This document shows positions 12,980 to 25,360 of a stretch of 64,000 nucleotides of DNA, piece by piece (positions within the stretch are counted from its first letter, which is position 1; every line of letters starts with the position of its first letter). The translations under genes were made by a program, and so were the position numbers. Source of the DNA: Eledone cirrhosa (taxonomy: Eukaryota); assembly GCA_964016885.1 (NCBI GenBank), contig OZ024742.1:247876001-247940000 (forward strand), given 5' to 3'. The notes beneath the pieces are model-generated. The model was not told the DNA's origin, did not search any database, and saw nothing but the letters and a program-made list of their open reading frames with translations.

Positions 12980-15900
12980 AAACCCCCAAAACGTAAAGAA
13001 AATAAGAATGAAGAGAGAGGCAGGCGGACGGACAGAGAAGAGGGGGGAAAAAGTAAAACTTAAAAAACAAAAACTAAGTCAGACATTCGAATACTACATT
13101 ACAATGAAACTTATGCTTATTCATTTTTGGGGCCCTTTCTGCCCGTGTGTTTGTTTGTTTATGTGTGTCCGTATACAGCGTGGTGATAATGCCACACAAG
13201 GGCCAAGTGGGATGGCGGATCCACAGATGGCTATGTAAACATACATTCGCCAATCCTCGATAAGAGTGTTTAAATATCGAACATAAACAGTTCGAATAAC
13301 GGTGAAATGGAGACTAGAACGTCATGTGACAGACTCTCACCCAACAGGTGCCCCCTGGCTCAGCAGCAGGAACCTGACTGTCAACGAAATACTGCTGATG
13401 TTGGAGGAAGAAGAAGAAGGAAAGGGGCCAGAACCAACTGGACGAAAGAATTGAATAGAACTGTTATGCAATGCTACCTGAAAAGTAACCCCAAGGAGAG
13501 GGGCTACAGGAGACGGATGCATAACATCTGGAACGAGATTGGTTTATTTAAATTAGATGAACAAAAATTGGCCGGGCAGGCTCGGGTAATAAGAACTAAT
13601 GGGTGGATAAGCGAGCTGGAACTGGAGGAACTGAGCAGAGAGAATGGCTTGGAGATGGCGGGTGTAGTATGCCAGACAAGCGAGCCGGCGGGAAATGAAG
13701 GTGAGGAGGTCCTGAGAGCGGAGGAACCACCCGAAGCAGACAATGATCTGAATACTGAGATAAATAATACCTGGAACAGAGATACGGCCACTGAGGAGAT
13801 GAATGCTGACGGGCTAGGACAAGATTCGGTTGACATCCTAAATTTAGTGGTAGATGAGTTGAACAATGATAGTGGGAGACCTATGAACCTAAGATTTGTA
13901 GACAGGAAAAAGTTAAAAGAAACAACAGCTAAGGTAAACAAAGTCATCCCATACCTTGAGGCGAGGAGTCTTCACCAGTGCAACAATATCCTCAAAGCAA
14001 CAGCAAATACGGTGAGGAAACTACTTGGTATAAAAGCGAGAGGAAACAACAGACAAGAAAGAGCAGAGCCGTGGTGGAAGAAGCGACTGAGTGGGCAAAT
14101 CGGGGAAATGAGAAATGACATAGGAAAGCTTGAGTCACTACTGAATGGGACACTAAAAAACATAGGCACTAAAAATAGACTGGAAATAAAATACAAAACT
14201 AGGAGTAAAAAGCTAAATATTATCATAGAGGAATTGAAGCAACGCATTGTAGCAAAGAGTGCCAAAATCAGGCGATACGAGAACAGAGTCAGTCAGTATA
14301 AACAGAACCGCATGTTCGACAACAGCCAGAAGATGCTGTTTGGACAGCTTGAGGGGAAAGAAAGAGGCACCGACTTGATCCCTGGGGCGGAACAAGCTAA
14401 AACATTCTGGAGAGGAATATGGGAGCAGGATGTTAGACACAATGCCCAGGCAGGGTGGATTGAGACAGTACAGAGGGAGATCGGTGAGCAGGCACAGCAA
14501 CAGACTGATTTGAGTATCACAGTTGAAACTCTTAAGGGGCAAGCCAAAAAACTAACCAACTGGAAATCACCAGGCCCAGATGGTGTGCAGGGGTATTGGA
14601 TTAAACATTTAACATCCCTCCACCCGAAGCTGACGGCCATGTTCAATGACTGCTTGGTGTCGGGTGAGGTGCCAGAGTGGTTGACAAAAGGTACCACAGT
14701 TCTGATAATGAAAGACCGAATCAAGGGTAATGATGTTACCAACTATAGACCTATCACATGTCTGCCCGTAATGTGGAAACTGTTGACGAGCATTGTGTCT
14801 GAGGAAATCTACCATCACCTCCACACAAACAACTTGTTGCCGGACGAACAGAAAGGATGCCGAAAGAAGTCACGTGGTACAAAGGACCAGTTGCTTATTG
14901 ATAAGATGGTAATGGGGAATTGCAGGAGGAGACACACTGATCTTGCCATGGGATGGATAGACTACAGAAAGGCATTTGACATGGTGCCTCATTCCTGGAT
15001 CACCAAAAGCCTGGAGATCTTCAGGGTGGCAGATAACATCAGAGAGTTGCTGGGCAGGAGCATGGGGTCCTGGGAGACAGAGTTGACATCAACTGGAGTA
15101 TCCTTGGGAAGCGTGAAGATCAAGAGAGGTATCTTCCAGGGAGATAGCCTGTCCCCTCTGTTGTTTGTCCTTGCCCTGATGCCCTTGACCATTATGCTGC
15201 GAAAAGTGAGAGCAGGATACAAGTTGGGAAGGGGAGAGCTTACCATCAATCACCTCCTCTTCATGGACGATCTTAAGCTCTTCGGGAAAAGTGAGAAGGA
15301 GTTGGATGTGCTTGTTGACACTGTCCGTATTTTCAGCAGTGATATATGTATGCAGTTTGGTATTGGTAAATGTGGAGTCATTGTGATGAGGAGGGGTAGG
15401 TTGAGCAGAAGTAACGGGATCCAGATACCAACAGGTGAGATGATAAAGGAAATTGACTCTGAGGAAGGATACAAGTATTTGGGCGTTCTGGAGGCTGATG
15501 GCATAAAGAACAAAAAAATGAAGGAATTGTTAAGAACTGAATACATTCGGAGAGTAAGGAGCGTATTGAAGTCACATCTGAACAGCAGAAATGCCATAAG
15601 CGCAGTAAATTCCCGAGCTGTGTCTATTATTAGGTACAGTGCGGGAATTCTGAGATGGAATGTTGCTGAACAAAAAGAAATGGATAGGAAGACTAGGAAG
15701 CTATTGACTATCTACAACATGTTCCACAAGAGGAGTGATGTCGATAGACTCTACCTAAGGAGATCTGAGGGTGGAAGAGGTCTTATCAGCATAGAGGACT
15801 GTGTTCAGATGGAGAAAAACAACCTATACAAATACGTGACCTATAGTAAGGAGCCAATGCTCAGAGCTGTACTGAAGGAGGGGAGAGTAGGCCAGGGGAT

Positions 15901-16773
15901 ACCCAAGGAGGAAATAACATCAAGGAGGAAGAGCAGCCTTAAGGGAAAATCCCTTCATAGTACCTTCTTTGAGAAAACTGAATTTAGAGATCCACAGACA
16001 TGGAACTGGTTGAGAAGAGGAGACCTCAAAAAGGCTACAGAAGGAATGCTAATGGCTGCGCAGGAGCAGGCCCTCAAAACGAAGTGGTTGAAGCACCATA
16101 TCTACAAGGAGGAGGCTAGCCCACTGTGCAGGATCTGTGGAGAGAGAGAGGAGACTGTGGCTCACATTGTGTCCGAGTGTAAACACCTAGCCCAGACCCA
16201 CTATAAGGGCTGGAGACACGATGTGATGGGCAGGGTGATCCACTGGCACCTGTGCAAAGTAAACAATCTACCACATTCTGAGAAATGGTATGAGCATAGG
16301 CCAGAGGCGGTGATGGAGAACAGTCAGGTGAAGGTGCTGTGGGATTTTAGGATACAGACGGACAAAAAACTGGAACACAATAGACCTGACCTGGTGGTTG
16401 TGGACAAAGAAAAAAGATCGTGCCTGATTGTGGATGTGGCCTGCCCGTTCGACACGAGAGTGCAAGAGAAGGAGAGGGAGAAAATTAACCGATACCAGGA
16501 CCTAAAGTGGGAGGTGAAAAGGATTTGGAACTGCCATGAAGTCAAAGTGATCCCGATTGTCATAGGCGCACTGGGGACTATCTCCAAAGGTTTCCAGGGA
16601 TGGTTAAAGAAAATCGGCCCCTTCACGCTTTTTGGAACGCTTCAAAAGGCATGCTTGCTTGGAACGGCAAGAACCCTCCGATACGTCCTGAATATCTGAG
16701 GCTGCAGGTAGTGGCTTGATATTCAATCCAACGGACTTTCCAGTTAACCAACATCAATGACTGAGATTCAAGG
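12980..16773 (+). mobile_element. Full-length R4/Dong-like RLE non-LTR retrotransposon, family A
   Basis: Single long ORF, short 3' UTR ending GATTCAAGG then (AAT)n. 5' UTR shares blocks with 8617-8820. 5' boundary uncertain. Confidence 0.9.
13307..16699 (+). CDS. R4/Dong-type polyprotein: reverse transcriptase, CCHC knuckle and restriction-like endonuclease
   Basis: 1130 aa. [34 protein letters not shown] (RT); CRICGEREETVAHIVSEC (CCHC); RHD and RPDLVVVD...IVDVACP...KINRYQDL (PD-(D/E)xK RLE). Confidence 0.95.
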   Translation: METRTSCDRLSPNRCPLAQQQEPDCQRNTADVGGRRRRKGARTNWTKELNRTVMQCYLKSNPKERGYRRRMHNIWNEIGLFKLDEQKLAGQARVIRTNGWISELELEELSRENGLEMAGVVCQTSEPAGNEGEEVLRAEEPPEADNDLNTEINNTWNRDTATEEMNADGLGQDSVDILNLVVDELNNDSGRPMNLRFVDRKKLKETTAKVNKVIPYLEARSLHQCNNILKATANTVRKLLGIKARGNNRQERAEPWWKKRLSGQIGEMRNDIGKLESLLNGTLKNIGTKNRLEIKYKTRSKKLNIIIEELKQRIVAKSAKIRRYENRVSQYKQNRMFDNSQKMLFGQLEGKERGTDLIPGAEQAKTFWRGIWEQDVRHNAQAGWIETVQREIGEQAQQQTDLSITVETLKGQAKKLTNWKSPGPDGVQGYWIKHLTSLHPKLTAMFNDCLVSGEVPEWLTKGTTVLIMKDRIKGNDVTNYRPITCLPVMWKLLTSIVSEEIYHHLHTNNLLPDEQKGCRKKSRGTKDQLLIDKMVMGNCRRRHTDLAMGWIDYRKAFDMVPHSWITKSLEIFRVADNIRELLGRSMGSWETELTSTGVSLGSVKIKRGIFQGDSLSPLLFVLALMPLTIMLRKVRAGYKLGRGELTINHLLFMDDLKLFGKSEKELDVLVDTVRIFSSDICMQFGIGKCGVIVMRRGRLSRSNGIQIPTGEMIKEIDSEEGYKYLGVLEADGIKNKKMKELLRTEYIRRVRSVLKSHLNSRNAISAVNSRAVSIIRYSAGILRWNVAEQKEMDRKTRKLLTIYNMFHKRSDVDRLYLRRSEGGRGLISIEDCVQMEKNNLYKYVTYSKEPMLRAVLKEGRVGQGIPKEEITSRRKSSLKGKSLHSTFFEKTEFRDPQTWNWLRRGDLKKATEGMLMAAQEQALKTKWLKHHIYKEEASPLCRICGEREETVAHIVSECKHLAQTHYKGWRHDVMGRVIHWHLCKVNNLPHSEKWYEHRPEAVMENSQVKVLWDFRIQTDKKLEHNRPDLVVVDKEKRSCLIVDVACPFDTRVQEKEREKINRYQDLKWEVKRIWNCHEVKVIPIVIGALGTISKGFQGWLKKIGPFTLFGTLQKACLLGTARTLRYVLNI

Positions 16774-16825
16774 AATAACAATAACAATAATAATAATAAT
16801 AATAATAATCAATAACAATAATAAA

Positions 16826-18850
16826 TATCACATGTCTGCCCGTAATGTGGAAACTGTTGACGAGCATTGTGTCTGAGGAAATCTACCATCACCTCCACAC
16901 AAACAACTTGTTACCGGACGAACAGAAAGGATGCCGAAAGAAGTCACGTGGTACAAAGGACCAGTTGCTTATTGATAAGATGGTAATGGGGAATTGCAGG
17001 AGGAGACACACTGATCTTGCCATGGGATGGATAGACTACAGAAAGGCATTTGACATGGTGCCTCATTCCTGGATCACCAAAAGCCTGGAGGTCTTCAGGG
17101 TGGCAGATAACATCAGACAGTTGCTGGGCAGGAGTATGGGGTCCTGGGAGACAGAGTTGACATCAACTGGAGTATCCTTGGGAAGCGTGAAGATCAAGAG
17201 AGGTATCTTCCAGGGAGATAGCCTGTCCCCTCTGTTGTTTGTCCTTGCCCTGATGCCCTTGACCATTATGCTGCGAAAAGTGAGAGCAGGATACAAGTTG
17301 GGAAGGGGAGAGCTTACCATCAATCACCTCCTCTTCATGGACGATCTTAAGCTCTTCGGGAAAAGTGAGAAGGAGTTGGATGTGCTTGTTGACACTGTCC
17401 GTATTTTCGGCAGTGATATATGTATGCAGTTTGGTATTGGTAAATGTGGAGTCATTGTGATGAAGAGGGGTAGGTTGAGCAGAAGTAACGGGATCCAGAT
17501 ACCAACAGGTGAGATGATAAAGGAAATTGACTCTGAGGAAGGATACAAGTATTTGGGCGTTCTGGAGGCTGATGGCATAAAGAACAAAAAAATGAAGGAA
17601 TTGTTAAGAACTGAATACATTCGGAGAGTAAGGAGCGTATTGAAGTCACATCTGAACAGCAGAAATGCCATAAGCGCAGTAAATTCCCGAGCTGTGTCTA
17701 TTATTAGGTACAGTGCGGGAATTCTGAGATGGAATGTTGCTGAACAAAAAGAAATGGATAGGAAGACTAGGAAGCTATTGACTATCTACAACATGTTCCA
17801 CAAGAGGAGTGATGTCGATAGACTCTACCTAAGGAGATCTGAGGGTGGAAGAGGTCTTATCAGCATAGAGGACTGTGTTCGGGTGGAGAAAAACAACCTA
17901 TACAAATACGTGACCTATAGTAAGGAGCCAATGCTCAGAACTGTACTGAAGGAGGGGACAGTAGGCCAGGGGATGTCCAAGGAGGAAATAACATCAAGGA
18001 GGAAGAGCAGCCTTAAGGGAAAATCCCTTCATAGTACCTTCTTTGAGAAAACTGAATTTAGAGATCCACAGACATGGAACTGGTTGAGAAGAGGAGACCT
18101 CAAAAAAGGCTACAGAAGGAATGCTAATGGCTGCGCAGGAGCAGGCCCTCAAAACGAAGTGGTTGAAGCACCATATCTACAAGGAGGAGGCTAGCCCACT
18201 GTGCAGGATCTGTGGAGAGAGAGAGGAGACTGTGGCTCACATTGTGTCCGAGTGTAAACACCTAGCCCAGACCCACTATAAGGGCTGGAGACACGATGTG
18301 ATGGGCAGGGTGATCCACTGGCACCTGTGCAAAGTAAACAATCTACCACATTCTGAGAAATGGTATGAGCATAGGCCAGAGGCGGTGATGGAGAACAGTC
18401 AGGTGAAGGTGCTGTGGGATTTTAGGATACAGACGGACAAAAAACTGGAACACAATAGACCTGACCTGGTGGTTGTGGACAAAGAAAAAAGGATCGTGCC
18501 TGATTGTGGATGTGGCCTGCCCGTTCGACACGAGAGTGCAAGAGAAGGAGAGGGAGAAAATTAACCGATACCAGGACCTAAAGTGGGAGGTGAAAAGGAT
18601 TTGGAACTGCCATGAAGTCAAAGTGATCCCGATTGTCATAGGCGCACTGGGGACTATCTCCAAAGGTTTCCAGGGATGGTTAAAGAAAATCGGCCCTTCA
18701 CGCTTTTTGGAACGCTTCAAAAGGCATGCTTGCTTGGAACAGCAAGAACCCTCCGATACGTCCTGAATATCTGAGGCTGCAGGTAGTGGCTTGATATTCA
18801 ATCCAACGGACTTTCCAGTTAACCAACATCAATGACTGAGATTCAAGGAA
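16826..18850 (+). mobile_element. 5'-truncated near-identical copy of Dong family A, in tandem
   Basis: Starts mid-RT (TATCACATGTCTGCCCG, same as 14752 onward) directly after the (AAT)n tail of the previous copy. Three single-base indels in short homopolymers break the ORF. Ends in long (AAT)n. Confidence 0.92.
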
Positions 18851-18860
18851 TAACAATAAC

Positions 18861-18932
<72 letters not shown>

Positions 18933-18959
18933 CCCCAAACCTTAAAAAATATATAATTA

Positions 18960-21425
18960 TTACCGACAAATACCGATTTAGGACAATTCAACGAAAAATA
19001 CAGATGAAAAGAAATATGAGATGTAGAAAAAAAGAAGCCCTCAGGATGAAGCTGAAAATCTTCAATGGATAAAGCTGGAAATAATCAAAGAACTCCAAAC
19101 AATAGAAGATCTCTTTACGTACCAAAGAATACATCTTCCAAAGATAAAATTTAATAATTAAATAACAACAATTATTTAAAACAACGCTAATGTCGCTACT
19201 CTAGACTTAATAAATATGAACACAACAGTTATATCGCAAAGTTAAATAATATAACATATGCAGAAGCCGCTGTTGTTACAAACATAATGGTTACTTAGAT
19301 CAACACAAGCAAGAAAAACAAAACCCACACAAACATGGAAATTACAGATATAAAAAATAGAAAATAAAAGACCTCTCAATCTTAAATGAAATGGGAAAGA
19401 ATATAAAATTACGAAAGAAATACAATAAAAGCAGAAAAGGAAATGGCAGAGAGTAAGGAATGCCTAAAACAAGAAATACTTGCAACGGTACAGAGAATCG
19501 AGAGACATGGAAAAGGGTCAATATTTCTTTGCACAAAGTCAGCTATTTTCACTCCAACCCAAAACGACTCTACCAGGAACTTGATAAGTGCAAAATATAA
19601 GTACATGTAGCACCGAAAGTTGAAGAAGTGGAAGAGTTATGAAAACGATTATGGGCAAGTGAAAATAAATTACCTTGCACAAAACAAGCAAAAATAACGA
19701 ACATAGTAGCTGACTAACTGGGAAGATATTACAACAGATAATGTGTGTAGCACGCAAAGAAAAAGAAAAGGCAATGCATCGGGACATGGCATGATCCCTA
19801 ACATTTAGTTGGAATTTTAAACAGCGACCAATGTAGTATTGACAGAGCCATAACAACACCTGATAGGCTCATGCATAGGAAAACTAGCCGATACTTGAGG
19901 ACAATGAATAGCCCACAAACCCTCAAATCTAAAGGCCCATAACATGCCTGGCAACTATATACAACATTTTAACTGCAATTGTAATGCAGAAACTATTTAA
20001 GCACTTGGAGAAAAAGACAGCCTGCTTCTAACAGGATAGAAATGATACTGCAAAGGGTCATAATACTGTAATGATCAATTGCTAAGTAATAAAGCTATAA
20101 CCAAAAATTGTAGAAAAAAAACAAACAGATAAAACCGCAGCATGACATGATTTCATGTCCCCCCCATACATGAATGCTAAACACTAGCCATGAGTTAATT
20201 AGCACTAACAATAATAATTAAAAAAAAAAAACATTTATCAAGCATGCCGAACATACGAATCATAGAACTATAAAGATGGATCCCCTCCCAATCAACAGAG
20301 GTACAGAGGTATATTTCAATTTCACTATCACCACTGATTTTTACTTAGCATTAACACTATTATTTGAGAAACTTAACAGACTTGAACGTTAGTATAAATA
20401 CTACAAGAAAATTAACCAACTCTTACATATAGATGTTCTAAATGTGTATCCTGCAAACGAAAGACAACTGAAATCATTGCTATAGGCAGTGCATGGATTC
20501 ACAAAAGAAATAGGCATGAAATTTTGTCTGGAGAAAAGCGCCAAGAAAAATTGTTCTTTGTATTCAAGGAAGCCAACAAATTCAAAACAGAAGCCGATTT
20601 AACAGATAACTGGTAGGAAAATAAAAAATAAAAGTAATTATGAAAATCATAAAATATAAATTGAAAACTGACGTACAGAATGCCATGTTAAAACGAGCAC
20701 ATCTCACAAAACTTGCTATGAAGCATTAGACTAAAAGCCGAGATGGAAGGATTTCTAATTGCAGCACAAGATCAAAGTCTACCCAGCAGAAACCACCAGA
20801 TGTACATAATGAAGCAGAACACAATATGTAACTTCAGAATAAGTGAAGGTTGGGAAGAAATAATTAATATTTTCTCTTGCTCCCGGCCATACCCAAGAAG
20901 GAATATATCTTCAAACATGTTAGAGTTGGTATTTACGAACACTGCCAACATTATGAAATATCAACAGAAAAAATGTTGGTACGGACACTGACCAGAAAAG
21001 TTGTCAGGGAATGATAAAACAACCATTCTCAGGGATATTCCAATAAACTCTGACAGAGAGAGCAAAGCCAACCGGCTGGATATTATAGACAAATAACTCA
21101 AATAAATAAATATATTTGTATTGGTGTATTACTCCCTACAGACGACAGTGTATCTACCAAGGAATAGAGAAACTATCCAAATATAAAGATCTAGAGATAG
21201 AAAGGACCCGATTATGAATGATGAAAAAATACCATGAATAATAGGTGCTCTAGGAATGATAAAAATAATCACAGACAGATATGTGACCAAAACCCCAGGA
21301 CACTTACATCTATATACAGGATACAAAAATAGCACTATTAGGCACTGCATAGAAACAACACCACTGAAACCACACTGCACATATCCTATGCGCGCAGAGT
21401 TGCATTCTGTAATGTATTGAAGATG
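18960..21425 (+). mobile_element. Highly degenerate R4/Dong-like element of a different subfamily
   Basis: EGFLIAAQDQSLPSRN (20743) matches EGLIISAQDQCLPTKN of 52813..55905. Recognisable decayed RPITCL, KYKDLEIE and IIGALG motifs. Ends in AAT/GAT repeats. Confidence 0.75.
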
Positions 21426-21517
21426 CATAATAATAATATGACTAATGATGATGATTATGATTGTAATGATGATGATGATGATGATAACCACCACAACAAC
21501 AATAATAATACGAAGAA

Positions 21518-21602
21518 TAATTCATTTATTAGCCACACATGGCTTACATTAAGGAAACATTAAAGACAGCACAGGACGATACAGTGTGGGTTTTTTGTGT
21601 AA
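21518..21602 (-). mobile_element. Tx1 3' terminal fragment
   Basis: Reverse complement (…GTCCTGTGCTGTCTTTAATGTTTCCTTAATGTAAGCCATGTGTGGCTAATAAATGAA-TTATT) aligns with the Tx1 3' end at 51670-51765. Confidence 0.65.
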
Positions 21603-21604
21603 CC

Positions 21605-23550
21605 TTAAATTCACTAATCCTCTTTATGAGTGATTATGTCAAACAAAACGTTCAAGTACCGGTGAAAAGGAGGGTGGAATTCGTGTGAAGAACTTTCACC
21701 CGGCAAGTGCTCTCTGGACCTGCAAGAGGGATCTGGCTGTCATCTATATACTGCTGCTGCTGGAGGAAGAAGAAAGAACGAGGCAAGAACCAACTAAATG
21801 AAGGAATTGAATATAACTGTAATGAAATGTCATCTAAAAAGTGATCTCACTAAGAAAGGCTATAGGAAACGAATGCATAAAGTCTGAAACGATATTTGTC
21901 TATCGAAATTAGGTGAACAAAAACTAGCGGGTCAGGCTCGTGTAATAAGAAAAATCCTGTAATAAGAATAATCGTGTAATGGATAAGCGAGTTGGAATTG
22001 GAGGAACTGAGTAGAGAGGAAATGGAAAGTGGAGTAGATCAGGAAAATGAGCCTGTAGAAAGTGGAGTGAATCACGCAAAAGAGCCAGTAGAAAACGCGT
22101 GTGAAGTGGTTATGAGACCCGAAGAAGTAACTTACGAAGACAATGATCTAATGGAAGAGATAAAAAACATCTCGAGTAAAGATACGTCTATTGTAAGAAA
22201 TGAAGGCTGGCGGGCTATGGTAAGATTTTGTGGATATTATGAATTCAATGGTGTGTGAAATGAATAATGATGGTAGAAAACCTATGAATCTAAGATTTGT
22301 AGACAGAAAAACCTTAAAAAAAACGACAGCTAAGGTAAACAGAGTCATTCCATACCTTCAGGCGAACAATCTTCAACAATGCAACAACATCCTCAAAGTA
22401 GCCGCAATTGTGGTGAAAAATAAGCTTGGTATCAAATAAACGGAAAACAGACCAGAAAAATCAGAACCCTGGTAGAAGAAGCGGTTGAGTGTTCAAACCA
22501 AGGAAATGAGAAAGGACATCAGGAAATTTTAGTCTTTATTAAACGGGACATTAAAATACATAGATTCTAAGTATAGATTGACAAGGAATTAAAACAAAGG
22601 GAAAATGGCTAAATGTTATAATTGAGTTAAAAAAGCGAGGTGTCACACAAAACTGCAAAAATTAAATGATATAAGAACAGAGTTAGCCAGTATAGACAAA
22701 ACAGCATGTTGAACAACAACCGGAAGATGTTATTTGAACAGCTTGAAGGGAAAGAAAGAGGCAACAATACTATTACTGAGGCTGAACAGACCAACACATT
22801 TTGGAGATAGATTTGGGAGCAGAATGTTGAGTGGATTGAGACTGTTTATAAAGTGCTTAATGAACAAGCACACCAACAATTTGATTAGAGTATCTCGGTC
22901 GAACCCCTTGAAAAACAAGCCAATGAATTAACCAACTGGAAATCGTTAGGCTACGGTGGTTTTCAAGGATATTGGACTAAAAGTATAACGTCTCTCCACC
23001 CGATACTGACGGCCATGTTCAATGGCTACTTGGTGTCGGGTGAAATACCGCAGTGGTTGAGAACATGTACAACGGTATGTACAATAATGAAATACCAAGC
23101 CAAGGGAAGTGAAGTTACCAAATATAAGCCTACCGCATGTCTGACCGTGATACGGAAATTACTAACAAGCATTAGGTATGAGGAAATCTACCCGCACCTT
23201 TACAAAAACAACCTATTGCTGGAGGAACAGAAAATATACCGAAAGACATCCCATGGTCAAAAGACCAGTTACTTATAAGATGATAATTGTTTCTACTTTT
23301 GGCACAAGGACAGCAATTATCCAATGTATCACTGGTACTTTATTTTATCGACCCCGTAAGGGTGAAAGGCAAAGTTAACCTCAGCGGGATTTGAACTCAG
23401 AATGGCAAGGACCGTAACTCTTTGCGTCAAAGCATGGCGTCCGACCCTCTACCGATACTGCCAATCCACCACAAGATGATAATAAGGAAAATCACATCTG
23501 ATTAGTAGAATGCCATGAGTGCAGTAAATTCCCGAGTTGTGTCTATTATT
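21605..23550 (+). mobile_element. Old degenerate copy of Dong family A (5' part), interrupted by a SINE
   Basis: KPMNLRFVDRKTLKKTTAKVNRVIPYL and similar segments match 13307..16699. Many stops. Internal deletion after the SINE. Confidence 0.85.
23284..23471 (-). mobile_element. Meta-domain SINE with TSD
   Basis: Full SINE consensus, flanked by direct repeat AAGATGATAAT. Confidence 0.88.
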
Positions 23551-23554
23551 TTGT

Positions 23555-24290
23555 AGAGTCAGTCTGTTCCGGAGGACTTTTGAGCCGAGGACAATGGATA
23601 ACTTCCAGAAATCCCTCGGTTGCCAGTGCTACAGTGGAGCACTGCCGGTTCGCGATAAACTTTACAGGTACGGACCTGCCCGAGATGCGCGCAGATCGAC
23701 GAAACCGTTCTGGATGCACTCGTCCAGTGTCAATATATTACTGACTTGTGGAGTTATGTCGAACAACTGTTTTTGCGTGTTAAATGGATCCGGCTATCGA
23801 CCCGCCGCCTTCTTCTGGTCGGAAGGGTAAGCAATTTTCCTATCTAGTGGTGGTAGCGAAAGAGGCTGTATGGTTGAAAAAACTGAAGTCAGACACTTTT
23901 CTCTTCAGCTAATCCCTCATCAACCTTTTTCAAGTTTCACTTAGAAAGGAAGGTGAGGGTTGAGAGACAAGTGCTTCCCCCCCGTTCATTTGCTAAAAGG
24001 TGTGTGAATGTAGTGAGAATGGACTCTAAGCTTGCGCCTGTAGGATAGTTAATTTGAGGAGGAGAGGAGTGCCCTTCCTGGGTGCCCTCGAAGCGTCGGG
24101 TGGTTCAGGATTGGTGAGGTACCTAAGTCGCCCGTGTGGTTATCACCCCTCCCCCGATATTGGGGAATTCCTTTGTTTGTATATTATTTATTTATTGTTA
24201 TTGTTTTTATTCTTTTAGACTGTCCTGTCTATTTAATTGTCCCTTATATGTCGGCCCTTGTGTCCAATAAATGAAACAATTATTGTTATT
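23555..24290 (+). mobile_element. 5'-truncated degenerate Tx1 3' end
   Basis: RRTFEPRTMDNFQKSLGCQCYSGALPVRDKLYRYG matches ORF2 GRTFGPGPMDNFQKSLAWQCYRGALPVRDKLYRHG. 3' UTR ends GGCCCTTGTGTCCAATAAATGAAAC-AATTATT. Confidence 0.85.
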
Positions 24291-24359
24291 AATAATACTA
24301 TTTGATTTCTACTATTATGATAATGATTTCTACTTCCAATAGTAGAAATCATCATTGTT

Positions 24360-24935
24360 ATGGTCGATAAAGTAAAGTACCTCTAATGCACTGGGTAATT
24401 GCTGGCCTTGTGCCTAAAGTAGAAACAATTATTATGGTCGATTGGCAGTAGCAGTAGAGGGTCGGACGCCATGCTTTGACGCAAATAGTTACGGCCCTTT
24501 CCATTCTAAGTTCAAATCCCGCCAAGGTTAACTTTGCCTTTCATCAGTAAAGCCTGGAACAAATTGATTTGCGGAATATAGCTATGGCTCTTTACGTTAG
24601 GAGATCAAAACCCGCCGTGGTTAGCTTTGCCTCCCATGCTTACGGGGTCGATAAAATAAAGTACCAGTAATACACTGGGCAATTGCTGGCCTTGTGCCAA
24701 AAGTAGAAACAATTATTGTTATTTGGGGTATTGGCTGTTTCAGTAAAGCCTCGAACAAAATGATTTGCGGAATATAGCTATGGCTCTTTACGTTAGGAGA
24801 TCAAAACCCGCTGTGGTTAGCTTTGCCTCCCATTCTTACGGGGTCGATAAAATAAAGTACCAGTAACGCATTCGGTTCAATTAAATCGACATTTCCCTTC
24901 CTTTGAAATAGCTGGTATTGTGCAACAGATAGAGA
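24360..24935 (+). mobile_element. Cluster of partial and variant Meta-domain SINE copies, including a ~190-bp tandem duplication
   Basis: Repeated GGGGTCGATAAAATAAAGTACC cores. 24545-24690 is repeated at 24740-24870. Confidence 0.75.
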
Positions 24936-25172
24936 TGATTATGATTGTTATCCTCTCACCATCTTCATCAACACCACGACATGATCACCTCAAAAATAAT
25001 CCTGTTAATCATCACCATCTTCTCATCATGATCACAAACATTATCATACTCATAAACATCATGATCACGGTTATAATTATCATCATCATCTTTGTCGTCA
25101 TCTTTATATCCATCATCATCATGATCACCATTAGGGGTCTCATCGCCATTGTTATTGTTTTCTTATTATTAT

Positions 25173-25360
25173 GTGGTGGATTGGCAGTATCGGTTGAGGG
25201 TTGGACGCCATGCTTTGACGCATAGAGTTACGGCCCTTGCCATTCTGAGTTCAAATCCCGCCGAGGTTAACTTTGCCTTTCAGGTTTACGGGGTCGATAA
25301 AATAAAGTACCAGTAATGCACTGAGTAATTGCTGGCCTTGTGTCAATAGTAGAAACAATT
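25173..25360 (+). mobile_element. Meta-domain SINE, full length
   Basis: GGTGGATTGGCAGTATCGG…GAGTTCAAATCCC…GGGGTCGATAAAATAAAGTACC…GGCCTTGTG…AGAAACAATTATT. Confidence 0.88.

Noticed and set aside
18100-18700. Programmed frameshifting in the tandem Dong copy
   Set aside because: The indels sit in short homopolymers and are absent from the adjacent intact copy, so mutation or sequencing error is more likely.
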